DNA from: Octopus sinensis
Taxonomy: Eukaryota
Reading direction: 5' to 3'
DNA length: 64,000 bases
NCBI RefSeq assembly: GCF_006345805.1
Contig: NC_042997.1
Coordinates: 140,616,001-140,680,000, forward strand
In this document: positions 37,846-49,760 of the stretch, piece by piece
How the letters are laid out: every line of letters begins with the position of its first letter
Numbering within the stretch: position 1 is the first letter of the stretch
Program-made: the position numbers and the translations under genes
Notes under the pieces: model-generated
Seen by the model: only the letters and a program-made list of their open reading frames with translations
Told to the model about the DNA's origin: nothing
The model's database searches: none

Positions 37846-39476
37846 GTATGTACATAGGAGAAGGTAACTCAGGTAACTGGGATAACTCCAATATAAAACC
37901 TGTGGCTCAGTGGTTACCGATGATGTTGACTTGTTCTTCTTTTCAGATTATGGCTGCTGTTGCTTAGTGAGTGAGATTGACTCAGCGCACAGCCTTTCTT
38001 CACTTTGAAAAAAATCTTCTTGCATAGGCATTGCACGATAACAACATTGATTAAGCTTTGTGCAATGGCCATACTCGATAACGAGGGGGCAGCCACCATG
38101 TATGTATGTGTGTGTGTATTTGTGTGCATATGTTACTGTCTCCTTTCCTTGGAGATAGTTGTGAGTGTCACCTTCTGTGAAAAAATTTCTCTGGAAATAT
38201 TAATTTATTTGGAAACAAGTGAGGTTTAGCAACAGGAAGGGGCAACAGACCATAGAAAATGTGCCTCAAACAAATTCCATCCAACCCATGCAAACATTGA
38301 AAAGGGAACATAAAATCAACGATGACAAGGATGTTCACGTGTCTATACCAACACAGTTATTTCTCTGAGATACATTGTTGGCTGCCTTGAATGCCTTGGC
38401 TTTTGGTAACTCTTCACATTTAAAGACTATGTACATGTTATAAGGCACAGAATGGTTTCTTATAACTTATAACTGCCTACCAGTCATGACTATTAAGGAG
38501 TCAAATTTAACTCCAGTTGATAAGTTAACTGCTGCATAATCTCAGTGATAATCTTATGAGAGATTATTTCCATTGTGGCATGGCTGTTGTTAGTGTTTAG
38601 ACCCTGGTCAGCCCTCATGTAGCAAGTCTATGTGTCCATGGAATCTTCATGTTAATGTCTATCTAACCTGCAGTAGTTTAAATAGAACATTAAAAAACAT
38701 CAAGGTCACAGATTTTGGAGGGTCTTGCAAAAATCTTTCAAATGTAGCAAGTAAAAACAAAAGAATATTCCAGAAGTATCATCTTGTGTTTCTAATTTCT
38801 TTTCCACAGTGTGGAAGATTTGGCTGTTTTTTCTTCTGGCAAGTGTAACCCATCATACATGTGTATACACACATATATATACTGTGTTCTTTGCCATACA
38901 TGTACTATACACTATGTATCCTACTAGCTGAAACTGTACTAGCATGGAAAAACAAGCAACATAAAGTGAATGAACAAACAACTTTGTGTGTGTGTGTATG
39001 TGTAATAGGCTTGAAAGCACCAAGTAATGAAATATTTTGAAATCAACTTAGCAGACCATCTTCAGAGCATATGCAGAGTTCTTTCTTCTCTGTGGAACCA
39101 AAACATCCACATCAAAAATTAAAGAAGGAGGTTCCAGAGGTTCATGGACCATGATAAAAGAGACCGTGTTGTTATGTACATCAATTGTCCTATGGGACCT
39201 CAAAATATCTCTTGGTATCAGTTGAAGATCAAAGAAAAGATTTATCTGGCTATCCTACCCATCTCTACAACTGTTGCTCCCCACATGTAATGCTCTGCAC
39301 AGGATGGGCTCTGTTATGATGCTGCATAACAACCCATATCAGATGTTATATTTTGAAGTTTTATGGATCTTAATACTGGATGAACTACATTGATTTTGCT
39401 GACAGAGACACAGGAAATGGAATTGAAGACTTACCAAAGCTGATGGCATTCAGCAATTTGTGTACTGGTTGAAAAT

Positions 39477-39526
<50 letters not shown>

Positions 39527-39589
39527 ATATAAGTATGTGTGTGTGTGTGTTTATACAAATATAAACATATATATGTATATATATGTGCA

Positions 39590-40060
39590 TCATCATCATC
39601 ATCATCGTTTAATGTCTGCTTTCCATGCTAGCATGGGTTGGACGATTTGACTGAGGTCTGGCGAACCAGATGGCTGCACTAGATTCCAATCTGATCTGGC
39701 AGAGTTTCTACAGCAGGATGCCCTTCCTAACGCCAACCACTCTGAGAATGTAGTGGGTCTTTTTATGTGCCACCAGCACGTGGGCCAGTCAGGCAGTACT
39801 GGCAACGGCCACGCTCAAATGGTGTGCTTTTTATGTGCCACCTGCACAGGAGCCAATCCAGTGGCACTGGCAACGACCTCGCTCAAATGTTTTTTCACGA
39901 GCCACCAGCACAAATGCTAGTAAGGCGACTCAGGTAACGATCACGCTTGAATGGTGTTTTTAACATGCCATTGGCTTGGAGGCCAGCTTGTTGCTCTGGC
40001 CCCGATCTCGCTCGTATGGTACTCTTAGCGCTCCACTAGCATGGATGCCAGTCATCGAAT
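39590..40060 (-). mobile_element. RTE-b 3' UTR/tail-type repeat with tandem units
   Basis: (CAT)n, then catcgtttaatgtctgctttccatgctagc...gatgcccttcctaacgccaaccactc and several atgtgccacc units. Confidence 0.85.
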
Positions 40061-40085
40061 TTGATTTCAATTTCATGAATAAATG

Positions 40086-40133
<48 letters not shown>

Positions 40134-40134
<1 letters not shown>

Positions 40135-41515
40135 GGGAGAGTTTACGAAAAAAAACAAAAGACGAAGACAGGTGGTGTACAAAACACACAGATGTTTTAG
40201 TATAACGCTCAGGAATAGAAAAAGTCTTTTATGTTTCGAGCCTACACTCTTCTACAGAAATGGACACAGAAAAAACAAGCAGAGAAATAAATAAAATAAA
40301 AAATGTGTGTAGTGGCTAACGATCTATCATGCCGTCTGATTCGGACAGAAGGGTCACACATGGGAAGGAAAGTAGGGGAGATAACAAAGTAAAGATGACC
40401 CCCAACACGAAGGTGCATGTGTGTATAAGAGAGCATGTGCATGTGAAAGAGGGCTGGTGGTCTGGACGTATGCGTGTATGTATGTGTAGGTGTGAAAATG
40501 TAGGGATGGGTGTGTAGGTGGTGTGTTGTGATGTGATGTTATTGTGAGGTGGGGAGGCGAGAGTGGGGAAAGCACAGGTGGGGTGTGGGTTCAGCTGAGG
40601 GTTGAGGTAGAGGTGGGGTATGTGGGGGAGGGTGTGTGGGATAGGATGGGGGGATGGGAAGGTGGAGTAGGAATGTGTAGGGGTGGGTTGGCTTATGGGG
40701 GAGGGGAAGATGGTATGTGAGGAGAGAGAAAGAGAGGGTGAAAGAGTAGGAGAGAAGAAAGAGAATAAGAGAGGATAGAGAAAGAGGGAAGAGAGAAGAG
40801 AGTAAGAGGGAAAGAGGGGAGAGAAAGATAGTAGGAGAGAAGAGATAACGAGAGTAGGAGAGAAGAGAGTAAGAGAGAAGAGGGAAAGAGAGTAGGGGTC
40901 GGGGCAAGAGAGGAGAGTTGGGTCGGAAGAAGGAGGAGGGAGGGGGAGTGAGGGAGCAGAGAGAAAGAGAGAAGAGGGAAAAAGAGTAGGGGTGAAAAGA
41001 TGTAGGAGTGAAGAAAAGTAGGAGTTGGGGAGGAGGTTAGAGGAAGAGGGGAGGAGAGTTGAACCCAAATGGCGTAAAAGAGCGAAGAGAGAAGATTAAT
41101 CCCTGTTCACAGTGCAAACGGGAGTCTGGATGGCCTCTGTGCAAGGACAATTCAAAAACAGACAGGTGTTGCAAAGAGTGACTGGTGGAGCGGAAATGGC
41201 GTGAGAACAGGGTGTCATTGCCGAGGCGGATGTTTCGGAGGTGTTCTGTGAACCGGTCAACCAGGCGACGTCCCATTTGTCCGATGTACAGGGAATGGCA
41301 GAGAGAGCAGGAGATGCAATAGATGATATTGCTGAAGGTGCAGGTGAAGGAGTCGATGGTGTGATAGGGTCGATGATGGGTGCCGGTGAGGAGGGTGGTG
41401 TTGGAGAGGTATGGGCAAGTGCGGCAGCGTGGGCGGGAACAGGTGAACGAGCCAGGTTGGGAGGTAGGGTTGGGGAAGAAGCTGTGGACCAAGAGGTCTC
41501 GTAGGTTGTGGGTTG
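40134..41515 (-). mobile_element. Penelope-like retroelement 3' fragment: GIY-YIG endonuclease, low-complexity UTR and terminal hammerhead-like motif
   Basis: ORF 41037-41492 reads GSFTCSRPRCRTCPY...FTCTFSNIIYCISCSLCHSLYIGQMGRRLVDRFTEHL...HF...H...EQGLIFSLRSFTPFGFN, the CxxCxxC + IY...YIG + R/H/E/N layout of PLE GIY-YIG domains; flanked by (TA)n. Confidence 0.88.
40222..40266 (-). ncRNA. Degenerate minimal hammerhead-ribozyme-like motif
   Basis: The - strand reads guccauuu-CUGUAGA-a-GAG(uguagg)CUC-GAAA-c-AUA-aaagac, with deviations from CUGANGA and from a GUH cleavage triplet. Confidence 0.5.
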
Positions 41516-41834
41516 TACATATATATATATGTATGTATTATGTGTGTATACATATGTATATATACATAGACATGTATATATCATGGTATTGATCAGACTA
41601 TCAGATTTTGTTAGACATCACTGGTCACAATGCACTTCACATTATTTTAGCTTTTCAATGATGCCAACCCACTGGCTAGGCAAGCAGGCCAACATTTTCC
41701 CTGATTGGAAGACTATTCCATCACAGGGTTACCAATTTACAGCTGTGTGTAGTGGAACAACATGAAATGAAGTGTCTTGCTCAAGAACACAAAGTGCTGT
41801 CTGGTTGGGAATCAAACTTATGATCTAGCAATCA

Positions 41835-41850
41835 TAAGTATATATATATG

Positions 41851-41897
<47 letters not shown>

Positions 41898-41904
41898 CTT
41901 CCCG

Positions 41905-41944
<40 letters not shown>

Positions 41945-42049
41945 ATATATATATATATATATATATGTATTATATATATATATATGTATGTATTATATAT
42001 ATATATGTATGTATATATATGTATATATATATATATATTGTATATATAT

Positions 42050-42121
<72 letters not shown>

Positions 42122-42130
42122 TATATATAA
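41835..42130. repeat. Long (TA)n/(TATG)n microsatellite
   Basis: Visible directly. Confidence 0.97.
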
Positions 42131-43174
42131 TAAGGATAAGATCGTTAATTTAAATATCGATCTTATCAAGTGGCCAGCATGGGAGTAAAAACCTTCAAAG
42201 GTAATAATTATTATTAAAATTATAATTAAGAGAGCTATCTCTTTGATACCCTAAATTATAATTTTGTATATATATATAAACATGCATTTATATATACATA
42301 TATATATATATGTAATGGATGGAGGAATCAGAAAATGGAGTTCACAAGAATCTATTCATCACAATAATCATTTTGACCCATCTTGCATCTGTCCCTTGTA
42401 GGTGGGATGCTCTAAAACTGATTGCGTTTCATCATCCGGTGCAGATGCATCTCATCAGGTGTTTAATATATAAAGAAGATACTTGTCTAAATATACTCAG
42501 TTTCACTTGGCATGTTGTTGTTGCCAGTAGGTTGTTAGCTATAATGACCCACCTACAAGGGACTGCAACAAGATGGATTGAAATGATTGTTGTGGTGAAT
42601 AAAGATTCTTGTGAACTCTATTTTCTGTTTCCCTCATTCGTTATAAATTTAACAAACACTGTGGAATTTCTGAGGTAGATCCAGTGACATATCAAAACTG
42701 TGGATAACATCAGGTAGCCTAAACAGTGAAAGTGCTTTAATCAGCATACTACTAACTGTATACCCAAAGCCCAAATGATTACTTACACACACACACATAC
42801 ACACACACACGTTTCCCTTCTCCTTGATCCACTGTCCGTATCCTCTCTTATAATCACCTTTTTGTACATTGAGAGTTTGCTCTGGCACCTTGTAACCAGC
42901 ATATTTATCTCCCAGTGCTTCTCGCCCACCCTCATATAATACAGAATAGTCATGTATTTCCTATAGTCAGCAAGACACTTGAACATCTCCCTCTATCCTA
43001 CTTTGGCCTTCAACAACTGGCATAAAGTCATCTCCTCCTCTCTCAATTACATCCCCCTCAGTCAAGGAGGCTTTTTCCAAGTCCTTTTTATTTATTCTCT
43101 TTTATTAGCCCTGGAAGTTATTTGGGCAACCTGACTTGTGCTGGAATCATGGGAAAAGCACCCTGTACACATCA

Positions 43175-43246
<72 letters not shown>

Positions 43247-43307
43247 TCACACATGTGTATGTGTACATATGTGTATACATATGTATGAATATGAGTATAT
43301 ATATATA

Positions 43308-43338
<31 letters not shown>

Positions 43339-43400
43339 GTATATATACATTTTGGTATACAGGTATACATGCTGATATATGTATACATATGTATCATCAT
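43175..43400. repeat. Compound (TA)n/(CA)n/(TG)n microsatellite
   Basis: Visible directly. Confidence 0.95.
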
Positions 43401-44037
43401 TATCATTTAACATCCTTTATCATATGCTGGCATGGGGTGGATGGCTTGGTAGGAACTGATGAGCCAGAGAGACTGTACTGAGCGCCAATGTCTGTTTTGG
43501 AATAGTCTCTACAGCTGGATGTCCTTCCCTTTGCCAGCTAGTTGACAGAATGAACCACTTCATATTATAATATAAAAACCTTATTTGCTTGGCATTTCCA
43601 TTCATATACATTAACATGTATTTCACTCATATTCAGCCCATTATTAACAATTCGACACAGACAAGCAGAAAATATTACATGATCTCCTTAAAATTCAATT
43701 CATCAAATGAGGATAATGGTGACATCAACAACAAAGATCTTGATGATGATGCTGATGATAATGATAAACCTGACAACTGTTTGACATTTTATCCAAGTAG
43801 TTTGTTACGCAGGAATGTGTGTGTAACATATATCATATTCATAAATTATTGGCTTGTACATTTGAATGGGTAACTTATACACTTGGACGAGAGGGCTGGA
43901 GTGCTCAAATGAGTGAACCATACCTTCTGATGAGTGGAACGTTGCTCCTTGCTGCCAAAACCCTGTTCGGCAGTGTTTATACACCTCCTAAAATATATAC
44001 ACAACTACATACTACTCCTATTGTTTCCTTGTTACAG

Positions 44038-44161
44038 AAACCTGCCACGTGCCATTTGGATATCCCTCCCCATTATAACATCTGTGTATGTATTTGCAAA
44101 CATCGCATACTTTGCTGTATTGTCTCCCTTGGAGATGAAAGAGTCGGAAGCAGTTGCTGTG
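44038..44161 (+). CDS. Internal coding exon A of an SLC7/LAT-family amino-acid transporter light chain (y+LAT/LAT1/LAT2-like, APC superfamily)
   Basis: Acceptor ttgtttccttgttacag and donor gtgagt at 44162; 124 nt, phase 2 to 0. Translates (R/K)[41 protein letters not shown], the NLPxAI...NIAY...AVAV block typical of SLC7A5-11 proteins. The exact orthologue cannot be assigned by eye. Confidence 0.95.
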
Positions 44162-44966
44162 GTGAGTAACTTAATGTACGAATGTCTCTTCCCAAATTAT
44201 AATGCTACCCCAGCACTATCTGCTGGCTATGTATGATCCCCACCCTTCCATTTATATTATACATGCTGCACCAGTGCCATCTGCTGGTTAAAAAATTCTG
44301 CTGTCATTTCTTGATGTGATACTAGAATTAACTTTTTTTTATTTTTCAATAACTGCTAAACAATAGATTCTGCTCAAAAAAAAAAGAACAAGTATTCTTT
44401 TTCTTGCAAATAGCTTTGGAATTGCTCCTTTCTTTTTTTTTCTTTTTCTTCCCTATCTGTGTCTCCATCTTGAAATGTTTAACAGCAGGTTTGGTTTCAG
44501 TTGTGTGGAAAGCCTTTTAATTTTATCTTCTTAAAATAAGTTCTTCATTTTTTTTTTATAGCAGTTTCATTCAATTTCTTTTTACTTTCTCTGGCTTAAT
44601 ACTTTCCTTTATCAGCATGTCAACAAACACACCCTATCTTGCCATGTTACTTTCCTTTATATTGTTGTTTGAATAATAATTCTTGCTTTCTCAACTCCCT
44701 ACAGATATTATCTGCCCTCAACCATTGCATCCTTCTGTGGAAATTTTATTCAAATCACTTTCCCTGTCCCAGAATAAAAAGAAAATCTTTCTCTTGCATC
44801 TCTCTTCCAAGGAGTGGACCAGAATTGAAAGCTGTTTTAATATTTTATCTTGCTAATGTAACATGCTTGCAGTTTTTTTCTTCTTTTTGTTTTTCTTATT
44901 TCTACACATCAGCTGCCTGTTCCCCCATAAGTCTAGCCCTGTTTTCTTTCCTTTATGTATTTTTAG

Positions 44967-45070
44967 ACATTTGCAGACAAAACACTGGGAGTTATGGCCT
45001 GGATTATGCCACTGTTTGTTTCCTGTTCAACATTTGGTGGTTTAAATGGTGCTATCTTTGCTGGCTCCAG
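44967..45070 (+). CDS. Internal coding exon B of the same SLC7/LAT transporter
   Basis: Acceptor ctttatgtatttttag and donor gtaagc at 45071; 104 nt, phase 0 to 2. Translates [34 protein letters not shown](R), matching the TFA...STFGGLNG...SR block, in frame with exon A. Confidence 0.95.
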
Positions 45071-46399
45071 GTAAGCATTAAATTTCCTTTTTACATATCA
45101 TTTTTTCTCATTATCTGTCTAGTATTTACAACAATGCTGCAACTATTTTGAATTGAAGTCATTGTTAAACCAATTAAAGTACCAGTTTTTTTTTAGCTTT
45201 AACAGACTAATTTCATTCCTGGAAAAGTGAGTGTTTACAGATTTAAAGCTTGCCAAACTCAATGCTTATGTATTCACATTGTTATGAATTAATCATGCGT
45301 TATTATCTCATAGATTTGGGATTTTGATGATGTGATTGCTTATTTTTCAAATGACATAGTAGAGTAGGTGTGAGAGGCTGGATATGGCCAGTTTTAATGC
45401 TAAAGAGTTAAGTGAGTGTTTTCAGTGTTTACAGATTTAAATCTAAACTATATTGCAACTAGTTTGTGTTGGATTTACAACCGTGAAGATGTCTACTTTA
45501 TATACTTACCCAATGGAATATACCAGCAGCATTTGGGGCTGTATCAAGAACAAGAACTTAAGAATTATATATGAGCAAACATTTCTGGGGTGGTGGTAGG
45601 TTAAGAGTTTCATATAAACAAAATTGTTTTAAAATAAGTTTTATTAAAACTATAGTTGCTGTAACACCCAATTTGAGATAACATACAGTCGTAATAGTTG
45701 AGTGGTAGTTGTGTTTATCTTGCATGGTAGAAGTGGATAGGCTTAACTATTACACCTAATATTGTGTGAAGAGAGGAAGCTCAAGGTGGTGAAACAAATA
45801 TCCAGTTTCTTAACTCACAAACACAAATTGACAGTGATAGGGTTTCAGTGTTGATGTGAAAAATATATAAATAGTTCTTAAGACTGAAGACAGCTTTGGT
45901 CTTTGAAACTTTCACAGGAGTAAATATATCTGCTTGACTTGCAGAGAAAAGTAATCTTTTATAAAGTCAAGGTTTGGAATCTTATGTGGTGATATGCATT
46001 AGCTACAGTCAACCAATATGAGAGTTTTGAGAAAAACCTGTTAAAGTTCAGGTGTCATGAGGAGTTAAGAACCCAATGTTTTTGAGCCATTTGTCTGAGC
46101 GTGAGAAAGAAAAACACAATGGTGTTGTTTTAATTGTGTGTAAAAGAAGAAAAAGTGCAGATTGAATGACAAATATGAAGGTCCTTGGTTGATGAAAGGC
46201 CACCAAGAAACTTCTCAACAATATCAGAAGATAGTCATCTAATCACCATAAAGCACTACCCTAACTGTCACTTCTACAAATTTATTACAACATTGTCTGC
46301 AGTTTCAGTGAACTTGCCTCCATAGTAAATACATCCATCTTATCAACATCCGCACTAGATTTTTTTTTAACAGTTTTGTCCCAAACAAGGCTTGAGGCC

Positions 46400-46800
46400 A
46401 CTTGTAACATAAGGAATTACAAAGAATGAAAAGAAAAGATCTACAAATTCAAAAGACATCAATTGACAAAGTTTAAAGGACTAAAAAGCTCAGAGGAAAG
46501 CAAGATGATGGAAGTGAGTTCCAGCGAGTTCAAAGGAAGGAAGCTATTAGAGTAAAAGGACTTATGACTAGCAGGGAGCTTAGCAGAGAAATGATGCATC
46601 AGGAAAGAAAAGCAGGTGTAGGTGATCATTATAAACATTCTTGATCAGCACGTTTCTATAACTCAGTGATTATAGTGAGAAAATGAGTTGCAGGGAAGGG
46701 AATTGAAAGCAGTAAGTATTCTAGACAGAAAGGTCGTATAATTTGTGGTGGATAGTTAATGAAATCAACCTTAGTACTTGAACTGTTGTATGGGGATGGG
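46400..46800 (-). mobile_element. Probable CR1/L2-like LINE 3' end, strongly decayed
   Basis: The - strand contains ctctaatagcttccttcctttgaactcgctggaactcacttccatcatcttgctttcc, resembling the NSFLP...WNSLP..CFP terminus with frameshifts. Confidence 0.45.
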
Positions 46801-49380
46801 TGTGTCTCTACACTTGGATTGATAATATTTAATTTTTAAAAAATTATACACAAAATCCAGTTATAACTATGGATTAACTCTATTAGTACTCTGAGTTTCT
46901 TGGACCTTACTACTCTGTGTTTCCTGTTTCCTGCACATTCTTCGGTGGCATTGGAAGAACATGTATGAAATAAGAAACCCAGTGTTGTGATAGAGTGAAG
47001 CCTCAGCTTTGAATGAATGGGTGAATGTATGAATGAATATGCTTGTTATGGTATTTGTAGTATAAGAGAGTGGTTGATTTGCATAGAAAAGTAGTAACCT
47101 TTTATATAGTAAAACTGAGAGAAGTGAATGAGAATGGATCAAATGTATTCAAATGTCGGAGTGGCAGACAATTTACTAGATTATACAAAAGTACAGAAAC
47201 CATTGTAGCTGCAGTAGATGGAACAGACAGTATATATGTTTCAATCTGCTAGTGATCACAGTATATATAATTGTTCACTTATCAATTAATTGTATAGCCT
47301 TTGTGAAATGGGTACACTGTAAATTGTCTGCGTACATGGCATCTGCACTGGTCTAGATCAATGTGAGTAACCCTTTGATGTGCAGCACACTTCTGTCTTG
47401 AATAGGTATGTATCTTTGTGCACACCTGTATGCATTTATGTGCACGTGTGTAGGTGTGTATGAAAAATATGTCAAAGATTTATCTCCTCACACCTGAAAT
47501 AATAAAAGGCTGTGCCAAAAAATTATAGCAGACAGTCTATGAGGAATGATAGATATATCTCTTTGAAGAAGTTTTTTGCATAAATGTCTTGTTTTTTTAT
47601 AAATTCTCTGCTCTCATCTGAAGTGGGATACCATTGTTTTAGCCCAAGCAAAGGTAAGTAAGTAATAACAAACTATCTTACCCACCACCATGTATTACCC
47701 CTACCTCATATTATTTCTTGCATCAGCAACACATGCCAGTCTGTTCGTAACTTTGTCTACTTTATTCAAGATGATCTGTCTTCAACACATTGACAGAAGG
47801 CTGTGTTGTTTCAGTTGTATTTTAGTTTATTTTGTTTATTTGTCTATTTATTTTCATGTTGTTGTAAACATTGTTATTCCCTCCACCCGCAACCATTTTT
47901 TGTCTTTCCTACATCAACCCTTGTCCTTGATTGTTTATGAGATAATTTTACAAGTGTTCATGCCTAGAGACAGTTTTATTTTTCAATGTGAGGGAAGACA
48001 AACCAGCTCACAAAGCATGTAAAAGAGCTTGTCAGCAAATCATGATGAAGGGGATTGATTATTGTACAAATACAAAATACAAAGAAGTAAAGGTTAGGTT
48101 AACTTATGCACAAACAACAGGTAGCATTAAACTAACAGTATTTGAAAATTACTATTAAAACTCTATTGTTTTTTGCCCCACAAAATATATTTCAACAAGA
48201 TCATACAAAAGAGCACTGTAAATCAGTGACATAGCTATAGTGTGTACCACTTTCGGCAACTTTTGAGTTTGTGCTCCCCATTCACACCATGCCCCTAAGC
48301 CTATGCAGACTTATGCAGCAGACCCAAAAGTGCTGACACCATTAAAACATCACCAGGATCAAACTGCCCCCGTCCCTTGCACTTGCTCCTAACAATGCCT
48401 CTGTAGTGGATCTTGCATGCATGAAGTGGATTCGATCCACCGCAGCCAAATTTAAATTAACACTGCAACAGAATTTTTCCCACAGTGGAACAATGGTTTT
48501 TCTCTGACAGCAGTTTTACATTTTCCAGATGCCTTTAGCTAGGCTGAAATAATGTCTTCACCACTTGACCCTTTCTAACCTCTTCTACTTCACCAAAAGC
48601 TAGAATAGAGATAACAAGACCACCAACTAAATCTATTGTTCTCAATGATATGTCTATCCTTCTGGATAGTTATAAAAGCAAGAACACCCCAAGCAAAAGT
48701 CAGTCGGTACTGACTCAACGAGTTCAGTCACATGGTGACGACTCAGTGAGAATGAAGTCTGGCTGACCAGCTAGAACCTTGGTCTGAGGGAGAAATGAAG
48801 TTTACTGTCAGCAACTACGAGACAACGTCCCACACCCTACAACCCTCACTAGCTCTAATTCTGTTCTCTTACAACATCATTCTATCTCTCTCTGCAATTA
48901 CTACTAAACAATGAAGAGGACACAAACACAAACTTTACTTCGCATGCTTTTGTTTTTATCATAACCTGCCTGTCGAGGCAAGGTATTGTAATGTAATGGT
49001 AAATAAATATTTCCTTAAAACTTCATGCATTGTCCATCTTTCACATCTTACAACTTGCCATTATAACAACAAATTTTTATTGTTACAACTGCTGATTCCG
49101 CCATTTCATAATATTGTTTAATAATCAATCTTACCCATTGTAATTGATAACTTCACTAATATAAACCTAACCGTTACACCTCTACTGTAACTTAGCTAAT
49201 GTATCCATTATTAACCATAGCAATGTTTTGGAAGTTTTACTTTCAATCCAAAGATATTCCTTGACTGGGAAAAAAAATGGAAAAATTAGTCATAGGCAGA
49301 TATGCTGTGGACTTCAGCATTTATCCATAATGATCATTTTTATACCAAAGTTGAATTTGTTTTAGGCAACATAGCAAATA

Positions 49381-49760
49381 ATGGGAAAAGTTGTTCAGCT
49401 CCCAAATCTTGTTATCCAAGATACAGTGACAGAAGCTGAATTATTCTTCAATGCTGTAGGAGGAATTCGAAGCCTCTGCAACTTTCAAGAGGCTAGCTCC
49501 AAATGTCATGCTCTCTTTGAAAGCATCATGGTTGACAAATTTCAAAGTGCAACAAGATACTCTGGAAGATATGAAGAGTCAAAAGCTGTGATGGAACAAT
49601 TAGCTCATATTATAAAGGCATTGCAAAACACCAAAATATAAATGTGGATAGAAGTGCATTATTGAATGCTATTATGTAATTTTGACTTCTTGATTGGACT
49701 AATTTTGCTGAAAATAATACTGTGCCAAAGCTTCACATTCTCAGCAAATTAGCAAAGGTA
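49381..49760 (+). pseudogene. hAT-superfamily transposase remnant
   Basis: LVIQDTVTEAELFFNAV...EASSKCHALF...SATRYSGRYEESKAVMEQLAHIIKAL resembles LS.TRWS.R...V.AV. After a frameshift, ALLNAIM*FDFLIGLILLKII resembles the FxF..L..L..IL block. Confidence 0.6.

Noticed and set aside
40316-41068. 250-aa ORF on the - strand
   Set aside because: Low-complexity S/L/P/F translation of a polypyrimidine tract in the Penelope UTR; no domain features.
42400-42470. ag|gtgggatgct (WDAL...) as the missing upstream exon
   Set aside because: Continues KLIAFHHPVQ with no VTEE/NP motif and no suitable donor.
43925-43960. CUGAUGA hammerhead core (also on the - strand at about 42430-42460)
   Set aside because: At 43927 there is no GAAA after the hairpin; at 42453 stems I, II and III do not pair.
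43934-44236. 100-aa ORF as a stand-alone gene with its own ATG
   Set aside because: Only 44038-44161 resembles a transporter and it is bounded by splice sites; the flanks are intronic read-through.
47272-47345. SINCIAFVKW, resembling the LAT INCxxVKW motif, as a duplicated exon
   Set aside because: Spacing is off by one residue, an in-frame stop follows shortly, and the position is downstream of where that exon belongs.
48230-48850. Possible LINE ORF1 zinc-knuckle remnant on the - strand; similarly a possible endonuclease remnant at 57060-57720 and Penelope-like pieces at 13230-13640, 16040-16330 and 31380-31920
   Set aside because: Only faint motif resemblance with many stops; not supportable without a homology search.
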